From Antedon mediterranea (taxonomy: Eukaryota > Animalia > Echinodermata), in the NCBI RefSeq assembly GCF_964355755.1, contig NC_092670.1:17470795-17534794 (forward strand): a stretch of 64,000 bases of DNA, written 5' to 3'. Shown here one piece after another: positions 1 to 12,840 of this stretch. Both the position numbers and the translations under genes were made by a program. The notes beneath the pieces are model-generated. The model was not told the DNA's origin. It searched no databases and worked only from the letters and a program-made list of their open reading frames with translations. How positions within the stretch are numbered: the first letter of the stretch is position 1; each line of letters starts with the position of its first letter.

Positions 1-751
1 TTACAGTAGAATTCCCAATGGGGTAGAATCAAAGTGTCCCCTGAATACGGGTACCCAAAGGAGTTCTAATATTTTAAAAGCAAATGTAGGTAAACTCCGG
101 GTTTATAATACTCAATACTGTAGGCCTAATTTGAATGCAATTACGTAACATAAACAAGATTTACGTATGTGACGCTGAGGGCGTAAATCCAGCGGTCCAA
201 TTACAATTACGACATTTTCCTTTCTGGAGAATTTCGAGAAAAATATTCAATTATAAGTCTGTAAAAAACGTTTATTTTATTTCTTGTTGCTTTACAATAA
301 AAAAACAGAATGTAATACATAAAAGTAAGTAAAATGAAAGTTATCGTAATATGTTTAACAACCTATGAGAAAGATATAATTGATCATTTTAAAAGAGGGA
401 TTATCCTACTAGTTTTGTAGTTCGTAATAGGCTAGGCCTAGGCTAGGCGGCTACTGTAATCTCTCAGTCTCAGCAGTCAAAAAGTAGGTAGGCGCGGCCA
501 ACCAAGCATTAATATCACACCGGAAGGTTGGTGAAGTAGGTCTAGCTACCTGTAGATAGAGATGGTGGCTACACAATCCCCACCATGATTATACTCAGGC
601 TAGCCTAAGTAGCTAGTAGTATTGTTTTATCACATTGGTGGGAATTAATTGTAGTAAGTTTTAATATTATTGTATTGATGATTCTCATTTTATTACGGTA
701 AATTTAAAAAAAAGTCAGTTTAATTTTAATTAATATAATTATCTGTAATAC

Positions 752-1408
752 GGTTTATTGCAAATAGCTTGATTTCGCGAGGAACGTCATTACACAATGC
801 ATGATGGAAAGGGTTAGGGAGCAAACGTCAAAACGCATACATAAAAACAACAAATCATGTATGTGCGAGTTGTGACATTTGCTCCCAAACCCTTTCCATC
901 ATGCGTCGCGCACGCTATTTGCAGAGCCATATATATAAACAGTTATGGCAAACAAATGTATAACATTCACAAGGCTTTAAATATCAAATTTAATATCAAA
1001 ACAATCAATTTGTTTAAAGTTTTTGTTTTTTAAGATAATAACGAAATCATAAAGTTAAACTGCGAACATGATGTTAAACAACAAAATGTAAAAACAATGC
1101 ATTAACTATAGAGAATCACTGTACAAACAAAACGCGCACAGCCAGAGCCGTTCCGAAATTGCTATTGTTGTTTAAAATCATGTTTGTAGTAACTTTATGA
1201 TTTTATTATCATTTAAAAAAAAACCTTTTAAACAAATTGATTGTTTTGATATTAAATTCGATAGTTAAAGCCTTTTGAATGTTATACATCTTTAAAACAA
1301 AAGACTCAACTCCACACTCTACATAGGAATAGTTGGACACAAACACGGCTTCTAATCCATTCAAAGTCGTAACTCTTTATATATGGCTCTGGCTATTTGC
1401 GATAAACC
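752..1408. mobile_element. Older palindromic MITE, interrupted in its right TIR by a younger insertion
   Basis: Ends GGTTTATTGCAAATAGC (752) and GCTATTTGCGATAAACC (to 1408); internal inverted repeat GCATGATGGAAAGGGTT..GGGAGCAAA / TTTGCTCCC..AACCCTTTCCATCATGC (~798-904). Confidence 0.7.
922..1391. mobile_element. hAT-like MITE with long internal inverted repeats and 8-bp TSD
   Basis: TIRs CAGAGCCATATAT...ATATATGGCTCTG; direct repeat GCTATTTG at 914-921 and 1392-1399; ~130-bp inverted arms ~957-1085 vs ~1166-1289. Confidence 0.85.
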
Positions 1409-3248
1409 TTATGGGTGCAATGTTAAAGTTAACCTATGAATGATTGAAAGGATCAACAATTTCCAAAGGGTGTGTGGTGGCAGATTCTGAAGGTGGGTGT
1501 TGCCACCACCCATCTCAGCAGGATCACATCCATTAGAAAGTGAAGGGCTGTTAGAACAAAACACAATTCAATGCATTGAATAAGGATTAAAGTCCTTGAT
1601 AGAAGTTCATTGTTTTGACCTTGGGGTCATTTGACAACAATAGGAAGTGCATGGACCAGCATGTTGATCACATGTATAAACAAAGCAGAACATGTCACTT
1701 TTGCTGTACTAGGGTTGTATGATAGTTTTTACTGGTGGTTGTGTTGTATTACTTGTCTGATAGCAATGTTCAGATAATAATAGGTGTCAAATATACTGTC
1801 AACAATTGTAAATCCTTGAACAAAGTAGTCTGATGTCAGTATATTTCATCTGAGCCTTGCATGTTGATCACATGACACAAATAAGGTACAGTATTATTAG
1901 GTTTATCCAGGGAGTTTTAAAATAATATTTTAAAAGTTCTCCCTAGTTTATCTATCAATATAGTATCAAGGATAAAGGTAATCTATTCTATGGGATTAAT
2001 TGGACAAGCTGGCAACAATAGGAAATCCTTGTATGTTGATTTAGTAAACAAAGTAGGGTAGCTTCAGTGTAGTTTCTCGTTTCATAATCAAGGTAAAACA
2101 GAGCAAAAAAAACTGTACATTTAAATTCTGGAAAAATAACTTTTTTACTCTAAGCTAGGGATTATCCAGTAACAATAGGAGAATCTGTTCAAGGCCCAAC
2201 ATGTTGGTCACATGAAGGAAAATGGATATTTTTTAATTTTATGAAGACTAAAATACACTCAAAGAGATGGAGTATATACAGTACATAAAATACTGACTGA
2301 GTCGAATGGACAATGATTTAATTAATTTCTTCTGTTCTGTAACAATTAATATTCTGATGATCACATACAAAAGGTAGGATCGAGTAATTAAAAAGTGATA
2401 GTGCTGCTGTAACAAATATAACAGAATAAATTGTACCTGCAAAATAATTGCTTTTTTCCTTATAACTTTGGTTCATCTGGCAACTAGTTTCATGTTGATT
2501 TTTAAGCTTAGGAAAACAAATTATTATTTTGTTAACCCGAATGGGGCCTGAAAACATTGTGCTGAAGGGTTTTTGTTTAAATGTGGTTGCAGTAACTGCA
2601 GTAGAATACTTTTAACATTCATTTATTTTTTGTTTTGCAAACATCCAACCATAAATTTATTTTTTAAAACTTATTTATAGAGGGTGGCCCTAAACAGCAT
2701 ATGCTGACATTGACAATGAAGGAACCCTCATTGAATTGTACCCAGAACCCCGGATTTATAAGGTTAAACATGTAATCAATAATCTCTTAGATATGAATCA
2801 TCTCTGTTCAAGTAGCTTTATTTCATTTGCTGTATCTTGTAAGCTTTTTCCCTTCACCCCTGGGAAACTGCAGTGTACAGTCATTCATGCGATGTATCTC
2901 ATTGGCTAATTCAGTTCTAAATCGTTATTCCGTTGTCAATGTATTATGATCATTTAAGGTCATCATGGAAAAATTAGTCATTATTTAAGTTAGACTGAAT
3001 TACTGTAGTATTTCTTTTATGATAACATTTATTTATTTCTAAATTAAGTAATGTAGCTCTAATAGAACACTAAATTGTATTTTCCAGTGTTATGTTCAAT
3101 TGAAAATAAAACTTATTTTCCCATTTTTCCAATTTTTCAGATAAACGTAGGCGGAGGAAGAAGAGGATAGACAATTACGAATAGGTTGTAAATTTAGAGA
3201 ATCAGGATAACAAGACACCAAGTACTATAGTGAAACGAACCAACCAGG

Positions 3249-6200
3249 ATGGGCTGGGATAAGGTGCAAAAGGAAGGCAGTGGACAAGTGTTGAGTCCAT
3301 TTTTGTTTCAAGTTGGTGGCCATAATAGTGTACTTAAATACAATGAGAATACACTATGCAAACCATTGAGTGTTAGGGAACACCAGTTCTATCAAACTCT
3401 ACCAGAGGATCTCATGTGCTTTGTGCCTCAATACAAAGGTAAGTTAATACACCTACTACCACTGGGCCTTGATAAGGTGTGTGCATATCTCCACTAACAG
3501 TTCCCAGTGGCAGTAGTCATCAATCACACTTGGCTAATAAAAGGGAAAAATAAACAAATTTAAAATGCTCATACTGTATCTAGTTGAATACCACTTTTAA
3601 TGAAATCCTGAAATAGTTGGCTTACTGTAAGTGAACGAATATTTTATTTTATTTGGTTTCAACATAACATTACAAGACAATTATATGAATACAAACAATT
3701 TACAAGCAAATACATAAGAAACCAAGGATAGCCCATAAAGTGGAAAGAAAAATCAACTTAATTCCAATGGGGTCCTTTGTACTGATGTGAATAGTATTGA
3801 TGTGATTGATGAATATGGTCACTGGTATACTAGGATAAACCTACTGTATAAAGAGGGAAAGTATTAAGATATACTGCAAGGACCTTAGTTGGGATGACAC
3901 TGCCCTCCTTCTAGTAAAAATTGGCAGTGTGTATACAGTACGGAAATGCATACAAAAAGTAATTATATTTGAAAGTAACAATGTGAATTTTGTGTTCAGT
4001 TATAAAGTATCTACAGAAAATTTCTAGAGCTAGAAAACAAAGATTCTGTGCTTTAATAACAGATAACTACGGCCTTATATACTGTACTGTAATTGAAACG
4101 ATTGATAATGATACTGGTGTTCTGTACTCACTACCTTATCAATATCAGATGCAAGCTGATGCACATTGATTGAAAGTTTCTATTTATAGGAATTGACCTT
4201 TACAAATTGTGTAGAAATCTATGAGTTATCAGGCATCTAATTAAATTGAATTGCATACCAAATTTTAAGCTGTTTACTGTGTATCCTCATACCATTAAAG
4301 ATAATGATTTATTTATATTAATTTTATTTAAAATTAATAAGCTTACCAATACAGTCAACTCTCCCAATACTGGACAGAACCAGATTTTCTTGAGGTCCAA
4401 AAGGTCCTAAATTTATTTTTACCATTAAAAACACTTAACGAATACCACATTTTTCAGAAAACTAGACATATTAGGCTAGCATAAGGATGTCTAGTATTGG
4501 GAGAGTTGACTGTATAGTCTGGCTGCACCAACTTCATTTTCACCAATCTTTCATATAATAATAATATGTTCTGTAACTTTTAGGTATTGCATATGTGTCT
4601 AGAGAGGAAGGTAAAGATGGCGTAGTCCATCTAAAGGCGTACACAGACATGAGAAGGTCGTTATCGTCTGACAACTCTCCCAATAGCAGTGGTGAGGCTG
4701 CAGAAGAAGATGATCATGCCAGAGCGTATCATCCAACAAATAGAGGCTCTCTTAGAAGAAATAATCATAGGTAAGAAGGGGATGAGTAATTAAGTTAAAG
4801 AAGCATGAATGTACTGTAATTAGAAGTCTAGAGGTGTGTGCCAAGAGTTAATAGTGTGAGTGGGGAATAACTCACTTTCAGTTAAGTTATCTCTTACCCA
4901 TGACTCTTGAGGACGTATAAAGTATATTGATCGAAACGTCGAGAAGCCCAACAGTTCTTTTCAGAACTAGATATACACGTAGTGTATCGTAAACTTTTAT
5001 TTGTCAACATACGATTTCGCCATGCAAACCAGACAATAAATTTTGTTGTAAAGTTGTAAATTGTTTTTTGTTATTTACGTTAGATTACCAAAGAATAATA
5101 GTCGTAGAACTCTTCTAAAAGAAGCTGAAACAAGTTTTGTAGAAGATGTTTCTGAGTTTCATCATGGTCAGAATCATCAGCGAGGAGGAGGAGAAGGCAA
5201 CCTGTTTAGTCAGAAGTTGCATAGACAACAGATAGCTAAGATGCATAATCGCTCTGAACAATGCAGCTATGAAAGTATCCTTCTGAATAATGGGAATAGT
5301 GTATTTATTTACTACTCTGCTTTTTTATGTGATTTTTTTTGTACCCCCCCCCCCCAAAAAAAAAAACATGAAAAATTAAGTTTAATTAAAAATTAAATTC
5401 AACCAAAAACCCATTGGCTGGCAAACAATTTGACTATTTTTTGCTCTAAATTACAGTTTTTTCAGGTAAATATATTTTTTTTCAATCAAATTTTTGGTCA
5501 AATTGAATATGTATTTTGTAGCATTAAAATGGCATATTCAGCCAAAAATGTTTTAAGAATTATTTTTTCACAGGGACAATACATCCTTAACCAAATTCAG
5601 TATATACATATAAAAATAATTGTCTGTTTTCCCCTCCCTTAACAAATTTTGGAGCAGCGTGACATTTGTTACTATTATTCATTACATTTTTGTATCATAT
5701 GGATCATTGCATAGTTTGTTAATATTGACTGATCTTTTACGATGATTGTTATTCTCATGTCTTACACATCACAATATTTTATTTTAAAAAAAAGTTATAA
5801 TCTTAACCAAACGTTTTCAGAATTCATACTCTTAGAGAATGTAGTGTTTAAATTTGTGACTCCCTCCATTCTGGACCTAAAGATGGGGGTTCAAACTTAC
5901 TTAGGTGACGAACCTGAAGAGAAAAGACTATCACACATAAGAAAGGCTGAGACAAGCACATCAGCTAAACTTGGTGTTAGGATATGTGGCATGAAGGTAT
6001 GTTTCATACATTCCCCTCTATAGAAAGTTTGTCTGGCCGATACCATCACCAAATCATGTTTTTGCCACATCAATCTTTTATATAGCACAACATAATATTG
6101 GTAAGGTTATGATTACATTACCGAAACTCAGCTCTGTGAGAATCAGTAAAGGGCTTTTGAGACTTTACACAAAAATAAACTTTTTTGATCTTTTTTTTAT

Positions 6201-7036
6201 ATAAGATTTTAAACCAATATAATTTGTATGCATTTCGCCTTATTTCAAGAGGGTTGACCTGCCAGCATGAGCTGGCTTTATGGGGCCCTCAACAATACAA
6301 TGTGATTTAAAAGAATCGCCCAATACAAGGCTTTCTGAGAACCGCCAACCAAGGGTGTATGTAAGTAAAATTGAATACCCAATTCATTCATTCATCTTTT
6401 TATTTCGGAATACCATGATTACATTATATATCTGTTGTGTGCTAACACCATTTAAGGTAGAATATCCGAACATAAAAACACAACAAGAAAACACATGAGT
6501 CGAGGTTTAGAAATTAAGAAATAATTGTAGATTAAAAAAAATAAGAAAACTATCCACAAATTTACGTACATGAAAGGAAGCAATGAATAATACAAATTGT
6601 TTTTTCTCAGGTTTATCGTGCAGATTCTAGATCATACATGTTTTGGGATAAATATTACGGACGTAAATTAACAGAAGAAGGATTCAGGAATGCAATCATG
6701 CAATTCCTATTCAACGGTTACCAAATACAAGTAGACGTAATCCCTGTAATACTTGATAAACTAAGAGACTTAAAAACTGCGCTTGAAAACCAAAACACTT
6801 ACCGCTTCTATAGCAGTTCTCTATTACTTATGTACAATGCTCAAAATGATGCCACAAGCTCACTGGCGGATGAAGTCGATGTCCGAATGATTGATTTTGA
6901 AAAGACTACTCACGGTCAGATGGGCTTATGTATTCATGAAGGACCGGATCAAGGGTTTATTTATGGTTTAAATAATCTTATTGACACATTTAGAGACATG
7001 TACCAAAGTTTACTTCATCACAAAGTTCAACATTAA
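3249..7036 (+). CDS. IP6K1: Inositol hexakisphosphate kinase (IP6K/IHPK family), ~389 aa
   Basis: Coding exons 3249-3438, 4584-4770, 5084-5274, 5821-5996, 6611-7036 join in frame (1170 nt). Motifs: QVGGH, PQYKG, KFILLENV, PSILDLKMG (PxxxDxKxG), GVRICGM, YRFYSSSLL, VRMIDF, GPDQGFIYGLNNL. Likely co-orthologue of vertebrate IP6K1-3. Upstream acceptor at 3140 implies a 5' UTR exon. Confidence 0.93.
4352..4512. mobile_element. Short Tc1/mariner (pogo/Tigger-like) MITE
   Basis: TA|CAGTCAACTCTCCCAATAC...GTATTGGGAGAGTTGACTG|TA; same TIR as the 1.26-kb element at 42419-43677. Confidence 0.85.
4900..5045 (+). mobile_element. Penelope-like terminal repeat remnant with degenerate minimal hammerhead motif
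   Basis: CTC-TTGAGGA...TTGATC-GAAACGTC-GAG; related copy at 20777-20870 shares AAAGTATATTGATCGAAACG and downstream TTTTCAGAA..ATATACA. Confidence 0.55.
5275..5820 (+). other. U12-type (minor spliceosome) GT-AG intron in IP6K
   Basis: Donor GTATCCTT matches the U12 consensus; branch-like TCTTAAC at 5801-5807 lies ~14 nt before the AG with little pyrimidine tract; splicing restores the conserved KFILLENV. Confidence 0.9.
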
Positions 7037-8001
7037 CAATTGATATAAAAAAAACTTCTTTTTTTTATAACAGTTTATTGTTATATCAAGATAATGTAAT
7101 TAGTCTGTAATTAAATAGATACATTTTTAAAATAACAATTAAAAACCAATTACAAAAAAAAGTTATTTTTATTTTCGATCCAAATTTAACATTTTAATTT
7201 CACTGCCTTGAATTAGCCATTGATTTGTTACATATTTTGTTATTTTATTATTTTTCATTTAATTTTTTTTTTAGTTATCTTCACAATATTTAGAGTAATT
7301 ATTTTCCATGTTTTTTAAGAACTTGTAATTATGTAAATTAAATCCTATTTTTAAATAGTTTTCATAAGTTGTATACATTTTGAATATAAAAGCTAACCAT
7401 AAAATACTATTATTAATGTGTGTGTGTTTAAATTAAATAATTGCAACTATTATTCTCATTAGAAATTACCATGCTAACATTGTAGAATAATAACAGTGCT
7501 TTATACAGGGCAACATTTGGGTAGTTGCAGGTTAGTAAGTTTTGTGAGCATGCTCAGATGTTTGTTATGCGCTGTTGCTATCAATACATTTAGTTCATTA
7601 TTGTATTACTTTAATCTTCTATTTTGCACAGCAAGAATGTATAATACATTTTGTTATTAAGTAGATTGATTCTGTTAACTTGGTACAGTATATCATTATC
7701 TTCAAAATTTAAAATAAACTTGGTTGCAACTCATGGTAAATCACAATGCGCAGCTGCATTAAAATTAAATAGCATTAGTGCTGCAACTTGTAATCTATCT
7801 GTCAATTGCATCAATGCCTGACTTAGTTATATAGTAGTAATCTAAAAACATCAGTTATATTGTAGAGTTTATTCATGCATTTGTTAGTAAGTTGCCATAA
7901 TCACTAGTACAAGTTTTTATTAAGTTTGGTAGCTTTTTTGAGTTGCAGAATTCATTATTACATATTCAGAGTACTGAAGTACTGTAGTATCATTCTTATT
8001 T

Positions 8002-8002
<1 letters not shown>

Positions 8003-8038
<36 letters not shown>
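8003..8038. repeat. (TA)n microsatellite
   Basis: About 17 TA units, in the presumed IP6K 3' region. Confidence 0.95.
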
Positions 8039-8041
<3 letters not shown>

Positions 8042-8908
8042 ATACTAAACTAAAGATTTAAATTTGAACACTGATTGTCCTAAATATTTATGTAATCACA
8101 CCCAATATAGTTTTGTGAGCATGCGCAGAGTTTTGTTATGCTCAATCTATTTAGTACCATAATATTGGCATATTAACGCAATGGACCAAATTATTTGCTT
8201 ATAGAAAAACAAGTTTATTTTTTTCATTGGTAAGAGGCAGAGAGGTGTAATTTATTTTGAAAGCGGGGGTGATGGAACCTAAATGATCAAGGGGTGCATT
8301 TTTGGTAAAAGTGGTTTTCTTTGTAACTTGTGCTTAGACTAAGATGTACATAATGTATATGGAATACAGGATATAAATTATAGTGAGATCTAATATTGTA
8401 TATTTGTATTACATACTAAATAGTTTATTAATATGCTTATTCATTTATATCAAGTTGATGTAGTTTAATTACATCATTAAGTTCTGGTCAATTATTTCCA
8501 ATTAATTCCATTAATAAAGTGTACAATTTGCTTATACAATTTCAACCTTCAGCTTTAATAATAACAGTTTTCCTTCTACTAATTAAAAAAAAACTTAGAC
8601 CTATTATTCTTTGTAAAATCTTTTAAACAACATGAAGAAATTGTTACAGTAAATGGAATGTATTTGTAAATAAAATGTTCAAATATAATTTCAATGTTTT
8701 TTGTGTTTGTAGACTTTGTTAATTGTGACGAAACGATTTCTCACCCAAAAAACATTCAATAAATAGAGGGCATCATTCCAGAGAAAGTACACTCTACTCT
8801 GTCTCTCTCTCTCTCTGCAAGCAAGCCTTAGCCATGTGTCATTGTTTACTTCTCACATCACTCGTTATTAGGCCTAGACAAATCAGTTTTTTATTTAATA
8901 TTATACGG

Positions 8909-11900
8909 ATGATGGCAAGTAATCAGTCGAATTCTGTTGAAGAGGACATTAAAGATAAACGTCCACAATTTGGTAATCGTTTTCTAACAGATCCTGAACA
9001 AGTTTTTCAACACAATGCATGGTAAGTTAGGCCAGTCGCAACAAACCACCTTTCACTATATTGACTAGGGTAAAAGTCATTGTGTTGAGTTTAGTCAATA
9101 TTATATGGTCGTTTCGCTCCGAAAGTCGTTTTTGTTACGACACCGGAATGACTGACATAACCTATTGCTTATTAATTAATTGATAGAGATCATTAATTTT
9201 TCCCTTCAAGGGATAATGTTGACTGGGATGAAGAGCAAATTCAACAAGCTAAAGAGAAAGTCAAGGCGAATTCATCAGATTTCATATCGCAGGAATCACA
9301 AGGCAAGTCTTCATTATTGTCAGCTTTTGTGATTTTATTTACATAATTAATACACATGAAATAAATAGAAAATTGTATAGCCGCTAAATGTGTTATTTTT
9401 ATATTGTAATTTGTATTCAGAAACCTATGAAAGAGAGGCAGGAAAGAACTGGGACAAATTCTACTCGCAGCATCAAAATCGTTTCTTCAAAGATCGTCGC
9501 TGGTTGTTTACTGAATTTCCAGAACTAGCACCTACTACTGATGATTCCAAAGAACTAGCACCTACTGAACTATCAAATGAAAAACCAGTGAATGATACAG
9601 GAATGTGTTATAAAGTAACTGATGACATAAATGTGGAAACAAAAGAGCAGGACAATGTGGGAAATGATCAGGAGGGGGATCCTTTTCCTGGATGGCATTC
9701 TAACACCAGGATTCTTGAGGTTGGATGTGGTGTTGGTAATACTGTGTTTCCGATTCTTCAGACAAACATGTAAGCAGCAGGGTAGTCGGGATGAATCCAG
9801 GGGCCACTCCAAGGATCTTGAATCTGATTTTTGTTATTTGTTTGTATTGGATAGACAGATGCCTTTTTCACTCCTGTGAAGACATGTCTCCTACCCTTTT
9901 AAAAACAAATTTCAATAATTCAATTAAAATCATTAAAAAAGTCATTGTCTATAGTAATATTTAAAATTTTTTTCTTTTACAGTGATGATAAGTTGTTTAT
10001 TTATTGTTGTGACTTTTCTGAGGTGGCTGTGGATCTAGTCAAGGTATGAACACACATCTTTTATTGCAACTCACAATGTGACCTTTGAAATTTGTATAAA
10101 TGTTATTATTTTAAAGCAAATTTGAGAGGATTCATTCATTTATTTTTGATCAAAATCACATAAAACAAGTAAAATGGTTCATGGATAAAACAGTGGAACA
10201 TGCATCAATCAAAGTGGATGTGTTCTTGGAGGAACTGATTGTTTTCAGGAGAGATGATAAGTATTAGATAACATTGTTTTTTCTTATTTTAGGTGCATAC
10301 AGATTACAACGTTAACAGATGCCATGCATTTGTTTGTGATGTCACTGACATGGAAACTCCATTTCCTTTCCCTGAAAATAGTCTGGATATTATCATCATG
10401 ATATTTGTCCTCTCGGCAATCAAACCAGAGAGGTATAACTGCATTTGAAAAGTGAGGGGAAAGTGACCAAAGAGTGTCCTGTATTCAAAAGGAAGCCCAC
10501 TTTGGGAAAGCCAACCAAGGGTGTCCAGGGAGGCTAACCAAAGAGTGTCCTGTATTCAAAAGGAAGCCCACTTTGGGAAAGCCACCCAAGGGTGTGCGGG
10601 GAGGCTAACCAAAGAGTGTCCTGTATTCAAAAGGAAGCCCACTTTGGGAAAGCCACCCAAGGGTGTGCGGGAAGGATAACCAAAGAGTGTTCTGTATTCA
10701 AAAGGAAGCCCACTTTGGGAAAGCCACCCAAGGGTGTGCGGGAAGGCTAACCAAAGAGTGTCCTGTATTCAAAAGGAAGCCCACTTTGGGAAAGCCACAC
10801 AAGGGTGTCTGGGGAAGCTAATTAAAGAGTGTCCTGTATTCAAAAGGAAGCTCACTTTGGGAAAGCCACACAAGGGTGTCTGGGAAAGCTAACCAAGGAG
10901 TGTCCTGTATTCAAAAGGAAGCTCACTTTGGAAAAGCCACACAAGGGTGTCTGGGAAAGCTAATCACAGAGTGTCCTGTATTCAAAAGAAAGATCACTTT
11001 GGAAAAGCCACACAAGGGTGTCCGGGAAAGCTAATCACAGAGTGTCCTGTATTCAAAAGAAAGCTCACTTTGGGAAAGCCACCCGAGGGTGTGCGGGAAG
11101 GCTAACCAAAGAGTGTCCTGTATTCAAAAGGAAGCCCACTTTGGGAAAGCCACCCAAGGGTGTGCGGGAAGGCTAACCAAAGAGTATCCTGTATTCAAAA
11201 GGAAGCTCACTTTGGGAAAGCCACCCAAGGGTGCTTGTATGTACAGACAAATACATTTACAAAGGAAAATGGAATCTACAAAAAAACCTACTACACACCC
11301 AGAGTAAAGGAAAATAATGTGTTACTTTGAACAGTAGTTTGTGCTCTTGGTTGTCTTGATCTCTCTCACAATCAATTAATTTTTTTTCCTAAATTCTAGA
11401 GAGACTGTAAATATATTTTTATCTTCTTAGAATGCAATCGACTATTGACAGATTAGCAAGACATTTAAAACCTGGTGGACGAATATTGTTACGAGATTAT
11501 GGAAGATATGATTTAGCTCAACTACGTTTTAAGAAAGGTGATTAAATAACTTTACTTAACTCTTATCTGTTTAAAACTTTAGTTAGATTGATTAAGCTAC
11601 ATGTTCCAGTCCATTTTGCTATTTGTATTATAATACTCTAAAGTCTTTTTCCCACTAGCCAAATTATGTGTAATTTTGTATAGTGTGTATAATGTTCTCA
11701 TTCGTTTCTTAAAATGGAGTACAAAAAACGAATTTCCGACGAATGTTTTATTGGACCAAATAAATGCTGTGAGAGCAGTGCATTTTTATTATTATTATTA
11801 TTATCATTATTATTATTTATTCGTATAAATCAAAGGTTTATGCTGAGCTTAGAAATACATGATTTATGCAAATGGATTATCCCAGTGGAAAACATGCTTT

Positions 11901-12639
11901 AACATGGTGAATGTTGCAAGTGACATCTTTACAGAAATGACGTGTCAACCGAAATAAAGGATTTAGCATAATTATTTGTTATGATCATGGGCAAATTATT
12001 AGTAACTACACCAGCGAATGATATCATAGTTTAGTTCTAATTTTGTTTCTGATATTATCGTGTGTTAATGCTTGGTTTATTTTAGGTCGATGTCTCTCAG
12101 AAAACTTCTATGTTCGTGGAGATGGAACACGAGTGTACTTTTTTACACAAGGTATTACATCTATTTTAAAATAAAACTGAACTATTTGTTTCAATGTTAC
12201 TGTACCTACCTTTGTATATTTGACCATACACCATTCTCCTGTGTTTTCAGTCGTTTCCCTGTAAGTGGGACGTCACTGGTTTAAAGGCCTTTGTCATACA
12301 AATGTTTTTTATGTTAATCATTTTTTATTTGAAATTAAAAATCAATATTCCTAATTTGTACCAAATTATTGGCGTTTCCTGTGAATCAACATCATAATAA
12401 TTTATCACCTATATTAATAAAATCTTTAAAATTAACATAAAAAATCACATTTATCATTAAAATCTTAAAAATACATTTGTTCTTTGTTTATAGATGACCT
12501 ACGAGAACTGTTCACAAAAGCCGGTCTGGTTGAAGAGCAAAATCTTACCGATAAGCGTCTACAGGTCAATAGAGGGCGCCAACTGACAATGTATCGTGTT
12601 TGGATACAATGTAAATACAGAAAGCCTGATGTAAGCTGA
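8909..12639 (+). CDS. METTL2: tRNA N3-methylcytidine methyltransferase, METTL2 type, ~357 aa
   Basis: Exons 8909-9021, 9211-9302, 9421-9769, 9983-10043, 10293-10432, 11431-11537, 12086-12151, 12494-12639 join in frame (1074 nt). Motifs: [47 protein letters not shown] (SAM motif I), [61 protein letters not shown]. Confidence 0.95.
10466..11234. repeat. 71-bp tandem repeat, ~11 copies, METTL2 intron 5
   Basis: Unit ~AACCAAAGAGTGTCCTGTATTCAAAAGGAAGCCCACTTTGGGAAAGCCACCCAAGGGTGTGCGGGAAGGCT; AGAGTGTCC recurs at 10471, 10542, etc. Confidence 0.95.
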
Positions 12640-12840
12640 TGTCTCCAAAAATAATGTAGGAAATTAATGTGTTTTAAGTCTATTGTACATTAAATATAAT
12701 AATGTCAATTTATAATAAATTATTGATTAATGCAAATTTGATTCATTATATTTGTAAATTTGTCACATTATATTACGAAGTGTATTATTTGAGAGGAATA
12801 TATGTTGGACGCGTTCAGTCACGTGATTGTCTACCGACCA

